From NCBI RefSeq assembly GCF_006345805.1, contig NW_021824010.1, positions 1 to 21,554 of the forward strand: a DNA stretch of 21,554 nucleotides. The letters are read 5' to 3'. The notes beneath the pieces are model-generated. The model made no database searches and was not told the DNA's origin. It saw only the letters and a list, made by a program, of their open reading frames with translations. A program made the translations under genes and the position numbers. The stretch comes from Octopus sinensis (taxonomy: Eukaryota). Positions 1 through 10,936 of this stretch are shown here, in pieces. Each line of letters begins with the position of its first letter. The first letter of the stretch is position 1.

Positions 1-75
1 GGTTTACCAGTGGAAAGAAAAGCCTACGGAAAAGACCACGGTAACCTCGGTCAATGAAGTCACATGTTATATTTC

Positions 76-3000
76 TTTTTTTTTTTTTTTTGCAAATAAG
101 CAACTCTCTGTATTAATTTTTATGGTTCATAGAATCATAGTCAAGGTGGCTTCGTCATTCATACGTGCCATCCTTCCTACATTCACCCATCTTTTTTTAA
201 AACATTCACTAGACAAAACTTGCCTCTCTTCTCTCACTTTCCTCTTCAAGTGATACTTGAAGAAGTTGATGAGAGATTGACCAGAGAGGAAAGTGTTTGT
301 CTCCAATCCTTTCAGGCGCGTCCACCAGATACATTCTTTCGCCATAGCCACAAGTATGATAAAATTAGCTCTTCCTTCCCGTTTGAAAGAAGGAGGCGTG
401 ACGATATTAACGATAGACTCGGCTGATAAACCGACACGTCCCACACGTGACAGCAGTCGTTCGACATAAGCCCACAGGTCGGAAATTGCTGGACACTGCA
501 CGATTGCGTGCAGAGCGGTTTCGTCGCTCTGCCCGCATCTCGGGCAGGTAGGCCCTGTGTTTCTCGAGCCATGCCTATAGAGCTTATCCCGAACGGGTAG
601 CGCTTCTCGGTAGCACCGCCAGGCCAGGGATCTCTGGAAGTTGTCCATAGGTCCCGGGCCGAAAGTCGTTTGAAACAGGCGGGTCAGGTATTCCTCGTCG
701 ACGCCCAGGTTTGCCCCGAGCTCGTCGTCGTACCTCCCCTCCACTAATCCCCTATAGAATGCTTTGGTTGTGTTGAAGTCACTCAAGGTTGACCCGGGAC
801 GGCAGAGTTGCTTGAGAGCAACGCGACACTCGCGGTGCCATTCGCCCTTCCTCGGCCTCATTTTGATCCACGACTGTAGTTCGGTCATGGAGACGAGTTG
901 CGGGAATGCGTGCCTCACAAACGGCGACCACACCTGTTCACCGTCGTCTACATAGAGCCGGAGATGTCACAGTCTCAGCGCGTGTCTGCGCATCATCAAC
1001 CACGGCATGCCCAGCCCTCCTTTTAACGGGTGTTGACAGCAAATGGATCGCCTGACCATCGGGACGCATCCTTTCCACAAGAAGCGGAAGAGGATGCGTT
1101 CTAGTTTGGTGATGGTAGGGTCGGGACAAGGTACGACTGTGAGGCGGTAGTAGATGATGGACGCGATGTACGCGTTCACCACCTCCTCCCGACCTTTTAG
1201 GGACAGTTTCCTCTCGGCCCATTGCTGGGCGAGAGTGACCACCCTACTCGTTATCTCGTTCCAGTTCTTCGCCATTTGGAGGTCCGGACCGAACCAGACC
1301 CCGAGCAACTCAACCGGGCCGTCTGTCCAGCGTCCCACGACGGAGGTACTGGTGGACGGCATGGGCTTGCTTCTCCAGGTTCCGAGCCGCAAGCCCACTG
1401 ACTTTTCCCGGTTGATTTTTGCTCCTGTCACCGCTTCGTAGTCTTTCAGTGTCTCGCCGACCCGCTCGATGTGCTCGTGGCTTGACACTATGACGGTGAC
1501 GTCGTCCGCGTATGCAGACACGCTCGTCCCGCATCCCAATTCTCGCGGGATGCCCCTTAGAGTCGCCAGCTTCCGCAGTAGTGGCTCAAGAGTCAATACG
1601 TATAGAAGCGCCGAGAGGGGGCATCCCTGACGGACCGAACGTGCAATGTCGAAAGGTCTCGATAGATGTCCATTTACGCGAATTACCGAACGGATGCCTC
1701 TGTACAAGGCAGCTATCCAGCCGCGGAAGACGGGACCGAAACCAGCCGCTCTCAGGACTGCCTCCAAGTATCGATGGTCTACCCTATCAAAGGCTTTCGA
1801 TTGATCCAAGTTGATCAGGGCCCCACCCATGCCAGGTTCGTTAACTACCCTGTCTATGATGTAGCGCATCAGATGGAGGTTGTCATGGATGCTCCGGCCC
1901 GGCACGGCGCACGTTTGTGTGTTGTCGACCAGTTTCTCGATGACAAGCGCCAACCTCTTGGCTAACACCTTTGTCAAAATTTTCAGGTCTGCATTGAGCA
2001 GCGTGATTGGTCTAAAGTTATCTATAATGTTTCCTTGTTTGGATCTTTCTTCAGCAGAGTTACAGCTCCTCGACTCACAAAACCGGGTATGCTCCCGTTT
2101 TGCTGCCAGTTGCAGTATACCGCTGCCAAGACGTCTCCAAACAAGTCTGGCATACAATTGTAAAACTCGTAGGGTAGACCATCCAAACCCGGTGATTTGT
2201 CCCTCGAGCATTCTGCTATCGCTTCCTGCACTTCCGCCGCCGTGATGGCACCTTCGCAGCACCCTGCCTTTCTTGTCGAGAGTCGTGGCAGGCTATGTAG
2301 GTAGGCACTGAAGTCCACACTACGTTCTTGCCCTCCACTCGTCCCGAACAGTCGGGCAAAATGCTGCTGAAAGGCCTCACACATTTTACTTGGCTCGAGC
2401 AATTCGCGCCCCTGTTCATCTCCAGTGACCGAATGGTGGCTTTGTTGCCCTGTTGCGCCTCTGCCACCCGGGCCTCTCTCGCGGCTCCAACACCTTCGTT
2501 CCTTAGAGCACGCATCCTAGCTCTGACAGCACATCCTTCGTGTTTGGCGTTGAAGTGTTGGTCGAGGGCCAACCTCGCCGCCAAAACGTCGGATGCGATG
2601 CCGCTTCTAATTGCCTCTTCTAGCTTCTTAACTAGCTCACCCTCTACTCTATTTCTATCTATGGCTAGTGCTTTGCTGTACCTAATCGCTTCTGCTTTTA
2701 CTGCTCTCTTGAGGGCAAACCACCATTTGTTGTTGATGATGGCTCCCGTCAAAGCCCTCTTTACTAGTGTGCTAATCCGGTCTCTGAAAACTTGTCTGGA
2801 CGGGAATGAGGCGTTCAGTTTCCAGTACCAGGACCCTGTCTATGTGCCTTATCTAAGTCTAGCGTACACGTCACCAATTTGTGATCCGTGTAGCTGACTG
2901 TGTGGAATTGTGGACATCCTAAGTTATCCTTGTCTACTGTCCTACACAGTATCTTATCTAGATACGATCTCGACGACCCACTGCGGTTGATCCATGTCCA

Positions 3001-3090
3001 CGTTGGTGCATTTGGGTGGTCGAGTCGGTACCTGTCAGACAGTTGGAATCGTCTGAGCAGGTCTCTGAGGCATTTGCATCCCCTTCTGTT
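76..3090 (-). mobile_element. 5'-truncated non-LTR retrotransposon (L1/Tx1-type LINE), same orientation as the host kinase gene
   Basis: Minus-strand translation gives the APE endonuclease C-terminus (LSDRYRLDHPNAPTWTW...SYLDKIL...YTDHKLV), then G-YWKLN, RT motifs (KSPGLDG, FRPITLLNAD, LDQSKAFDRVDH, VRQGCPLS, YADD at 1501-1512) and a C-terminal CCHC knuckle (CPRCGQSDETALHAIVQC). Stop at 127-129; T16 run at 76-91 is a putative poly(A) tail. Clade assignment is from motif recognition, not a search. Confidence 0.93.
127..3090 (-). pseudogene. LINE ORF2 (EN-RT-zinc knuckle), disrupted as assembled
   Basis: About 988 codons can be stitched with three 1-nt deletions (about 2828, 2422 and 2033) and one in-frame TGA at 967-969 (RL*HLRLY). 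ORF-track pieces 2216..2752, 2022..2402, 967..2262 and 127..933 are consecutive parts of it. Confidence 0.9.
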
Positions 3091-3092
3091 TC

Positions 3093-3100
3093 ATAGATAC

Positions 3101-3149
<49 letters not shown>

Positions 3150-3180
3150 CAGATAGACAGATAGACAGATAGATAGATAG
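3093..3180. repeat. (GATA)n/(GACA)n microsatellite
   Basis: Direct reading; abuts the truncated 5' end of the LINE. Confidence 0.97.
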
Positions 3181-3354
3181 CACAGAATACAATCTACAGA
3201 TTGTTCTGCTTATAATTCAATTCCTAATTCATCCAGACATATCCAAAAATTATGGTTCTATGAAAGATACACAGGATCGAACTCCGATCTCAGATTTTAG
3301 AAATATAAAAAAAAAATTTGTCTTTTCACATTATTTGAAGAATTTCTCACTTAC

Positions 3355-3453
3355 TGCTATGACTGCCAAACCATCTTTTGGTTTTTTGGTACGTGTGAAA
3401 TATTGGTTCAATTCCTTGGCCACATGTAATTTGTTATCTTTCGCAGTGTCATT
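3355..3453 (-). CDS. DCLK: DCLK-family kinase exon (C-terminal tail): NDTAKDNKLHVAKELNQYFTRTKKPKDGLAVIA
   Basis: 99 nt, phase 0-0. Acceptor ttttctcctaatttcctag, donor GCA|gtaagt. GLAVIA resembles vertebrate DCLK1 GVSVIA, which from memory also ends at an exon boundary. In frame with the preceding exon. Confidence 0.8.
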
Positions 3454-3487
3454 CTAGGAAATTAGGAGAAAAGAAAATTATTATTTA

Positions 3488-5498
3488 CTAGAAGTATCGC
3501 CCGGCGTTGCTCGGGTTTGTAAGGGAAATAACCATATAAGCATTTTTAGAGAGTTATAGCGAAAAAATAGCAAGAAAATGCATTAAAAATGGGAAAAAAT
3601 GATGGTAATTTTTTTTTATCGTAGACTTATCGTAGACGCGCGCTAATACCCAGAAGGGCTCGTTAGGAAGTATCGCCCGGCGTTGCTCGGGTTTGTAAGG
3701 AAAATAACCATATAAGCATTTTTAGAGAGTTATAGCCAAAAAATAGCAAGAAAATGCATTAAAAATGGGAAAAAAAAAAATGATGGTATTTTTTAAAATC
3801 GTAGACTTATCGTAGACGCGCGCTAATACCCAGAAGGGCTCGTTATGAAGTATCGCCCGGCGTTGCTCGGGTTTGTAAGGGAAATAACCATATAAGCATT
3901 TTTAGAGAGTTATAGCGAAAATATAGCAAGAAAATGCATTAAAAATGGGAAAAAATGATGGTAATGTTTTTAAATCGTAGACTTATCGTAGTCGCGCGCT
4001 AATACCCAGAAGGGCTCGTTATGAAGTATCGCCCGGCGTTGCTCGGGTTTGTAAGGGAAATAACCATATAAGCATTTTTAGAGAGTTATAGCCAAAAAAA
4101 TAGCAAGAAAATGCATTAAAAATGGGAAAAAATGATGGTAATTTTTTTTTTATCGTAGACTTATCGTAGACGCGCGCTAATACCCAGAAGGGCTCGTTAT
4201 GAAGTATCGCCCGGCGTTGCTCGGGTTTGTAAGCATTTTTAGAGAGTTATAGCCAAAAAATAGCAAGAAAATACATTAAAAATGGGGAAAAATGATGGTA
4301 AATTTTTTTTAAATCGTTGACTCATCGTAGACATTTTTAGAGAGTTACTTCCCTTATATAATAACGAAAAAATGCATTAAAATGAAGAAAATGATGGTAA
4401 ATTGTTTTTAAAATCGTAGACTCATCGCAGACGCGCGTTAATACCCAGAAGGGCTCGATATGAATCACTACTATAAGATACCCGCTTTTGGTTACACAGC
4501 ACCGCAAAATGTGGGAGTAGTTAGGAATCTAAATCGTATGAGACAGACAGCACACAACCTCACTTTTATATATAAAGAATAGCAGTATCGCCCGTCGTTG
4601 CTCGGGGTTGTAAGGGAAATAACTATATAAGCATTTTTAGAGAGTTATAGCCAAAAAATAGCAAAAAATGCATTAAAATGGAAAAAATAATGGTAATTTT
4701 TTTTAAATCGTAGACTCATCGTAGACGCGCGCTAATACCCAGAAGGCCTCGATATGAATCACGACTATAAGATACCCGCTTTTGGTTACTCTGCACCGCA
4801 AAATGTGGGAGTAGTTAGGAATCTAAATCGTATGAGACAGACAGCACAAAACCTCACTTTTATATATAAAGACTAGCAGTATCGCCCGGCGTTGCTCGGG
4901 TTTGTAAGGGAAATAACTATATAAGCATTTTTAGAGAGCTATAGCGAAAAAATAGCAAGAAAATGCATTAACAATGGGGAAAAATTATGGTAATTTTTTT
5001 TAAATCGTAGACTTATCGTAGACGCGCGCTAATACCCAGAAGGGCTCGTTATGAAGTATCGCCCGGCGTTGCTCGAGTTTGTAAGGGAAATAACTATATA
5101 AGCATTTTTAGAGAGTTATAGCGAAAAAATAGCAAGAAAATGCATTAAAAATGGGAAAAAATTGTGGTAAATTTTTTTTTAATCGTAGACGCGCGCTAAT
5201 ACCCAGAAGGGCTCGATATGAATCACGACTATAAGATACCCGGTTTTGGTTAAATTGCACCGCAAAATGTGGGAGTAGTTAGGAATCTAAATCAGAGGAG
5301 ACAGAGTCTGACACAACTTCATTTTTATATATAACTAGCAGTATCGCCCGGCGTTGCTCGGGTTTGTAAGGGAAATAACCATATAAGCATTTTTAGAGAG
5401 TTATAGCCAAAAAAATAGCAAAAAAATGCTATAAAAATGGGGAAAAATGATGGTATTTTTCTTTTCTTAAATCGTAGATTTATCGTAGACGCGCGCTA
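3488..5498 (-). mobile_element. Head-to-tail array of a non-autonomous Helitron-like element with internal subterminal expansions
   Basis: On the minus strand the 3' end is CCCGAGCAACGCCGGG (GC hairpin, 3500-3515), 8 nt, CTAG (3488-3491), then T. The 5' end is TCTTTATATATAAAAGTG (TC at 4577-4578 and 4871-4872). The cleanest monomer is 4579-4872 (294 bp). No coding capacity. Confidence 0.8.
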
Positions 5499-5622
5499 TT
5501 CTCTCTCTCCCTCTCTCTCTCTCTTTCTCTCTCTCTCTTTCTCTCTCTCTCTTTCTCTCTCTTTCTATCTCTCTTTCTCTCTCTCATTCTCTCTCCCGCT
5601 TTCTCTTTCTCTCTCATTCTCC

Positions 5623-5661
<39 letters not shown>

Positions 5662-5746
5662 TCATTCTCTCTCCCCTCTCTCTCCGTCTCTCTCTCTCTC
5701 TCTCTTCTCTCCTCTCTCTCTTTCTCTCTCTCTCCGTCTCTCTCTT

Positions 5747-5778
<32 letters not shown>

Positions 5779-5860
5779 TTTCTCTCCCTTTTTCTCTCTC
5801 TCTCCTCTTCTCTCTCTCTCTCTTCTCTCTCTCTCTTTAACTCTCTCTTTCTCTCTCCTT

Positions 5861-5892
<32 letters not shown>

Positions 5893-5918
5893 CCTCTCTC
5901 TCTTTTTCTCTCCCTTTT

Positions 5919-5957
<39 letters not shown>

Positions 5958-6029
5958 TCTTCTCTCTCTCTTCTCTCTCTCTCTTTCTCTCTCTCTTTAA
6001 CTCTCTCTTTCTCTCTCTTTCTCTCTCTT

Positions 6030-6078
<49 letters not shown>

Positions 6079-6109
6079 TTCTCTCTCTCTTTAACTCTCT
6101 GTTTCTCTC

Positions 6110-6148
<39 letters not shown>

Positions 6149-6247
6149 TTTTCTCTCTCTCTCTCGCTTCTCTCTCTCTCTCTCTTCTCACTCTCTCTCT
6201 TTCTCTCTCCTCTCTCTCTCTTTCTCTCTCTCTTTCTCCCTTCCTCT
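5499..6247. repeat. About 750-bp degenerate (CT)n/(CTTT)n polypyrimidine-polypurine tract
   Basis: Direct reading; source of the spurious SL-rich and ER-rich ORFs. Confidence 0.97.
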
Positions 6248-6295
6248 ATCTTAACACAGAAAGCTGTATCTCAAAACGGTTCTAAATAAACTCAC

Positions 6296-6376
6296 AGCAA
6301 CCCAAGGATGGTCCAAAACCTCGGCAGCGGAGAACCTCATTTCTGGATCTACCTGAAGCATGTGTTCAATCAAGTC
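6296..6376 (-). CDS. DCLK: DCLK-family kinase exon (subdomain XI): [27 protein letters not shown]
   Basis: 81 nt, phase 0-0. Acceptor ttctttcttttttttatacag, donor GCT|gtgagt. Shows the CAMK subdomain XI pattern (R-F-S-A...HPW). Confidence 0.93.
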
Positions 6377-6400
6377 CTGTATAAAAAAAAAGAAAGAAAA

Positions 6401-6764
6401 TATTTCAAATCTTTACGTTCTGAGTTCAAATTCCACCGAGGTCGTCTTTACCTTTCATCATTTCAGGGTCGATAAATAAAGTACCAGTTACGCACTGGGG
6501 TCGATATAATCGACTTAATCCGTTTGTCTGTCCTTGTTTGTCTTCTCGGTGTTTAGCCCCTTGTGGGTAGTAAAGAAATAGGTATTTCGTCTGCTGTTAC
6601 GTTCTGAGTTCAAATTCCGCCGAGGTCGACTTTACCTTTCATCATTTCAGGGTCGATAAATAAAGTACCAGTTACGCACTGGGGTCGATATAATCGACTT
6701 AATCCCTTTGTCTGTCCTTGTTTGTCCCCTCCATGTTTAGCCCTTGTGGGCAATAAAGAAATAT
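6401..6764 (+). mobile_element. SINE family B, two tandem 5'-truncated units
   Basis: Same sequence as the 17032-18900 array (GTTCAAATTCC B box ... GTAGTAAAGAAATAG), with the junction AAAGAAATAG|GTATTTCG at 6581/6582. Confidence 0.85.
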
Positions 6765-6806
6765 ACAATTATTACACATGGGATATTAATGTCTATCAAG
6801 TACCCT

Positions 6807-6999
6807 AGGCGTAGTATAGTCGTAGGAGTGGCTGTGTGTTAAGTAGATTGCTTACCAACCACATGGTTCCGAGTTCAGTCCAACTGCGTGGCATCTTGGG
6901 CAAGTATCTTCTACTAAAGCCTTGGGCTGAACAAAATCTTGTGAGTGGATTTGGTAGACGGAAACTGAAAGAAGCCCGTCGTTTATATGTATATATATA

Positions 7000-7048
<49 letters not shown>

Positions 7049-10000
7049 TTGTGTGTGTGTATTTGTCCCCCCAACATAGCTTGACAACCGATGCTGGTGT
7101 GTTTACGTCCCCGTAACGTAGCGGTTCGGCAAAATAGACTGATAGAATAAGTACTGGGCTTACAAAAAAATAAGTCCCGACGTCGAGTTTCTCGACTAAA
7201 GGCGGTGCTCCAGCATGGCCGCAGTCAAATGACTGAAACATGTAAAAGAGTAAAAGAGTATATATATATATATATATATATATAAAGCCTTGTGAGTGGA
7301 TTTGGTAGACAGAAACTGAAAGAAGCCCGTCGTATATATGTATATATGTATGTGTGTGTGTGTTTGTGTGTCTGTGTTTGTCCCCTAGCATTGCCTGACA
7401 ACCGATGCTGGTGTGTTTACGTTCCCGTCACTTAGCGGTTCGGCAAAACAGTCCGATAGAATCAGTACTGGGCTTACAAAGAATAAGTCCCGGGGTCGAG
7501 TTGCTCGATTAAAATGGCGGTGCTCCAGCATGGCCGCAGTCAAATGACTTAAACAAGTAAAATAGACGGAAACTGAAAGAAGCCTGTCGTATATATGTAT
7601 ATATATATATATAGGTGTAGGAGTGGCTGTGTGGTAAGTAGCTTGCTAACCAACCACATGGTTCCGGGTTCAGTCCCACTGCGTGGCATCTCGGGCAAGT
7701 GTCTTCTGCTATAGCCCCGGGCCGACCAATGCCTTGTGAGTGGATTTGGTAGACGGAAACTGAAAGAAGCCTGTCGTATATATGTATATATATATAAGCG
7801 TGTGTGTATATGTTTGTGTGTCTCTGTCCTTCTAGCATTGCTTGACAACCGATGCTGGTGTATTTATGTCCCCGTCACTTAGCGGTTCGGCAAAAGAGAC
7901 CGATAGAATAAGTACTGGGCTTACAAAGAATACGTCGAGGGGGTCGATTTGCTCGCTTAAAGGCGGTGCTCCAGCATGGCCGCACTCAAATGACTGAAAC
8001 AAGTAAAATAAAATAACATACATATAGGCACAGGAGTGGCTGTGTGGTAAGTAGCTTGCTTACCAACCACATGGTTCTCTGTTCAGTCCCACTGCGTGGC
8101 ATATTGGGCAAATGTCTTCTGCTAGAGCCTCGGGCCGACCAATGCTTTGAGAGTGGATTTGGTAGACGGAAACTGAAAGAAGCCTGTCGTATATATGTAT
8201 ATATATATGTGTGTGTCTCTGTTTGTCCCCCTAGCATTGCTTGACAACCGATGCTGGTGTGTTTACGTGCCCGTCACAAAAGAGACTGGGCTTACAAAGA
8301 ATAAGTCCCGGGGTCAATTTGCTCGACTAAAAGGCGGTGCTCCAGCATGGCCGCAGTCAAATGACTGAAACAAGTAAAAGAGTAAAAGAGTATATATATA
8401 TATATATATAAAGCCTTGTGAGTGGATTTGGTAGACGGAAACTGAAAGAAGCCCGTCGTATATATATATATAGGTGTAGGAGTGGCTGTGTGGTAAGTAG
8501 CTTGCTAACCAACCACATGGTTCCAGGTTCAGTCCCTGCGTGGCATCTTCGGCAGGTGTCTTCTGCTATAGCCCCGGGCCGACCAATGCCTTGTGAGTGG
8601 ATTTGGTAGACGGAAACTGAAAGAAGCCCGTCGTATATATGTATATATATAAGCGTGTGTGTATATGTTGTTGTGTCTCTGTCCTTCTAGCATTACTTGA
8701 CAACCGATGCTGGTTGTGTTATGTCCCCGTCACTTAGCGGTTCGGCAAAAGAGACGATAGACGATAGAATAAGTACGGCTTACAAAGAATAAGTCCGGGG
8801 TCGAGTTGCTCGATTAAAATGGCGGTGCTCCAGCATGGCCGCAGTCAAAACTTTGACTTAAAAGTAAAATAGACGGAAACTGAAAGAAGCCTGTCGTATA
8901 TATGTATATATATATATATAGGTGTAGGAGTGGCTGTGTGGTAAGTAGCTTGCTAACCAACCACATGGTTCCGGGTTCAGTCCCACTGCGTGGCATCTCG
9001 GGCAAGTGTCTTCTGCTATAGCCCCGGGCCGACCAATGCCTTGTGAGTGGATTGGTAGACGGAAACTGAAAGAAGCCTGTCGTATATATGTATATATATA
9101 TAAGCGTGTGTGTATATGTTTGTGTGTCTGTCCTTCTAGCATTGCTTGACAACCGATGCTGGTGTATTTATGTCCCCGTCACTTAGCGGTTCGGCAAAAG
9201 AGACCGATAGAATAAGTACTGGGCTACAAAGAATACGTCGAGGGGGTCGATTTGCTCGCTTAAAGGCGGTGCTCCAGCATGGCCGCACTCAAATGACTGA
9301 AACAAGTAAAATAAAATAACATATATATAGGCACAGGAGTGGCTGTGTGGTAAGTAGCTTGCTTACCAACCACATGGTTCTCTGTTCAGTCCCACTGCGT
9401 GGCATATTGGGCAAATGTCTTCTGCTAGAGCCTCGGGCCGACCAATGCTTTGAGAGTGGATTTGGTAGACGGAAACTGAAAGAAGCCTGTCGTATATATG
9501 TATATATATATGTGTGTGTCTCTGTTTGTCCCCCTAGCATTGCTTGACAACCGATGCTGGTGTGTTTACGTGCCCGTCACAAAAGAGACTGGGCTTACAA
9601 AGAATAAGTCCCGGGGTCAATTTGCTCGACTAAAAGGCGGTGCTCCAGCATGGCCGCAGTCAAAACTGACTGAAACAAGTAAAAGAGTAAAAGAGTATAT
9701 ATATATATATATATATAAAGCCTTGTGAGTGGATTTGGTAGACGGAAACTGAAAGAAGCCCGTCGTATATATATATATAGGTGTAGGAGTGGCTGTGTGG
9801 TAAGTAGCTTGCTAACCAACCACATGGTTCCAGGTTCAGTCCCACTGCGTGGCATCTTCGGCAGGTGTCTTCTGCTATAGCCCCGGGCCGACCAATGCCT
9901 TGTGAGTGGATTTGGTAGACGGAAACTGAAAGAAGCCCGTCGTATATATGTATATATATATAAGCGTGTGTGTATATGTTTGTGTGTCTCTGTCCTTCTA

Positions 10001-10556
10001 GCATTACTTGACAACCGATGCTGGTGTGTTTATGTCCCCGTCACTTAGCGGTTCGGCAAAAGAGACCGATAGAATAAGTACTGGGCTTACAAAGAATAAG
10101 TCCCGGGGTCGATTTGCTCGACTAAAAGATGGTGCTCCAGCATGGCCGCAGTCAAATGACTGAAACAAGTAAAATAAAATAACATATATATAGGCACAGG
10201 AGTGGCTGTGTGGTAAGTAGCTTGCTTACCAACCACATGGTTCTCTGTTCAGTCCCACTGCTTGGCATATTGGGCAAGTGTCTTCTGTTAGAGCCTCGGG
10301 CCGACCAATGCTTTGAGAGTGGATTTGGTAGACTGAAACTGAAAGAAGCCCGTCGTATATATGTATATATATATGTGTGTGTCTCTGTTTGTCCCCCTAG
10401 CATTGCTTGACAACCGATGCTGGTGTGTTTACGTGCCAGTCACAAAAGAGACTGGGCTTACAAAGGATACGTCCCGGGGGTCGATTTGCTCGCTTAAAGG
10501 CGGTGCTCCAGCATGGCCGCAGTCAAATGACTGAAACAAGTAAAAGAGTAAAAGAG
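6807..10556 (+). mobile_element. SINE family A compound tandem array (8 headed copies plus fragments; about 1.3-kb higher-order repeat)
   Basis: Heads at 6807, 7613, 8026, 8472, 8920, 9329, 9779 and 10192 with A-box-like TGGCTGTGTGG and B-box-like GGTTCAGTCCC. CORE-like ACCTTGGGCAAGTG segment, internal (TA)n(TG)n, 3' stem-loop CAGTC-AAAT-GACTG and (AAAAGAGT)n tail. The CORE resemblance is from memory. Confidence 0.88.
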
Positions 10557-10665
10557 TATATATATATACATATATACACAAATATAAGAGGGTGACCACC
10601 ATATGGTCGACTCTTGCGCTAAATATAGATCCGCTATGGTATTAGCCACTATATATATATATATA

Positions 10666-10731
10666 GACTAAATGCAGTGCTCCAGCATGGCCGTAGTCAA
10701 ATGACTGAAACAAGTAAAAGAGTAAAAGAGT
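10666..10731 (+). mobile_element. SINE family A 3'-end fragment
   Basis: GTGCTCCAGCATGGCC...AAAAGAGTAAAAGAGT matches the family A tail. Confidence 0.85.
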
Positions 10732-10760
10732 AGACGAGTATGTGTATACGTGGGTCTTAC

Positions 10761-10851
10761 CTTCGCGGAACTCGTAACCTCGTCCCAGAATGGTGAAATG
10801 AATTCAAAATGTCCACTTAGGATCTTGTCAAATAATTCTTCTTGGTTGTTG
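10761..10851 (-). CDS. DCLK: DCLK-family kinase exon (subdomain X): (S)NNQEELFDKILSGHFEFISPFWDEVTSSAK
   Basis: 91 nt, phase 2-0. Acceptor tttctttttctattccaag, donor AAG|gtaaga. Resembles DCLK QE.LFD.IL.G...F..P.WD....SAK. The first base completes AG|C (Ser) with the previous exon. Confidence 0.93.
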
Positions 10852-10936
10852 CTTGGAATAGAAAAAGAAATTTCAAAATTAAAAGCCATAATTCAGTTAT
10901 GAATATCGCTTGCAAATTGTACATTTTCTTCTTTAT

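Noticed and set aside
2030-2830. Programmed ribosomal frameshifting in LINE ORF2
   Set aside because: No slippery heptamers at the shifts; single-base deletions or consensus errors explain them more simply.
60-3100. Target-site duplication for the LINE
   Set aside because: No convincing direct repeat on both sides. The true 3' end could also extend past the T run toward base 1.
3260-3457. 65-aa plus-strand ORF
   Set aside because: Antisense shadow of the kinase tail exon.
3454-3491. Helitron CTAG as a cryptic acceptor giving an immediate TAA and a tail-less kinase
   Set aside because: Arithmetically possible, but there is almost no polypyrimidine tract upstream of that AG and no transcript evidence.
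5437-6191. SL-rich and ER-rich ORFs
   Set aside because: Translations of the (CT)n tract.
10668-10889. 73-aa ORF taken as a standalone gene
   Set aside because: Only 10761-10851 is the exon; the flanks are intron and SINE sequence.
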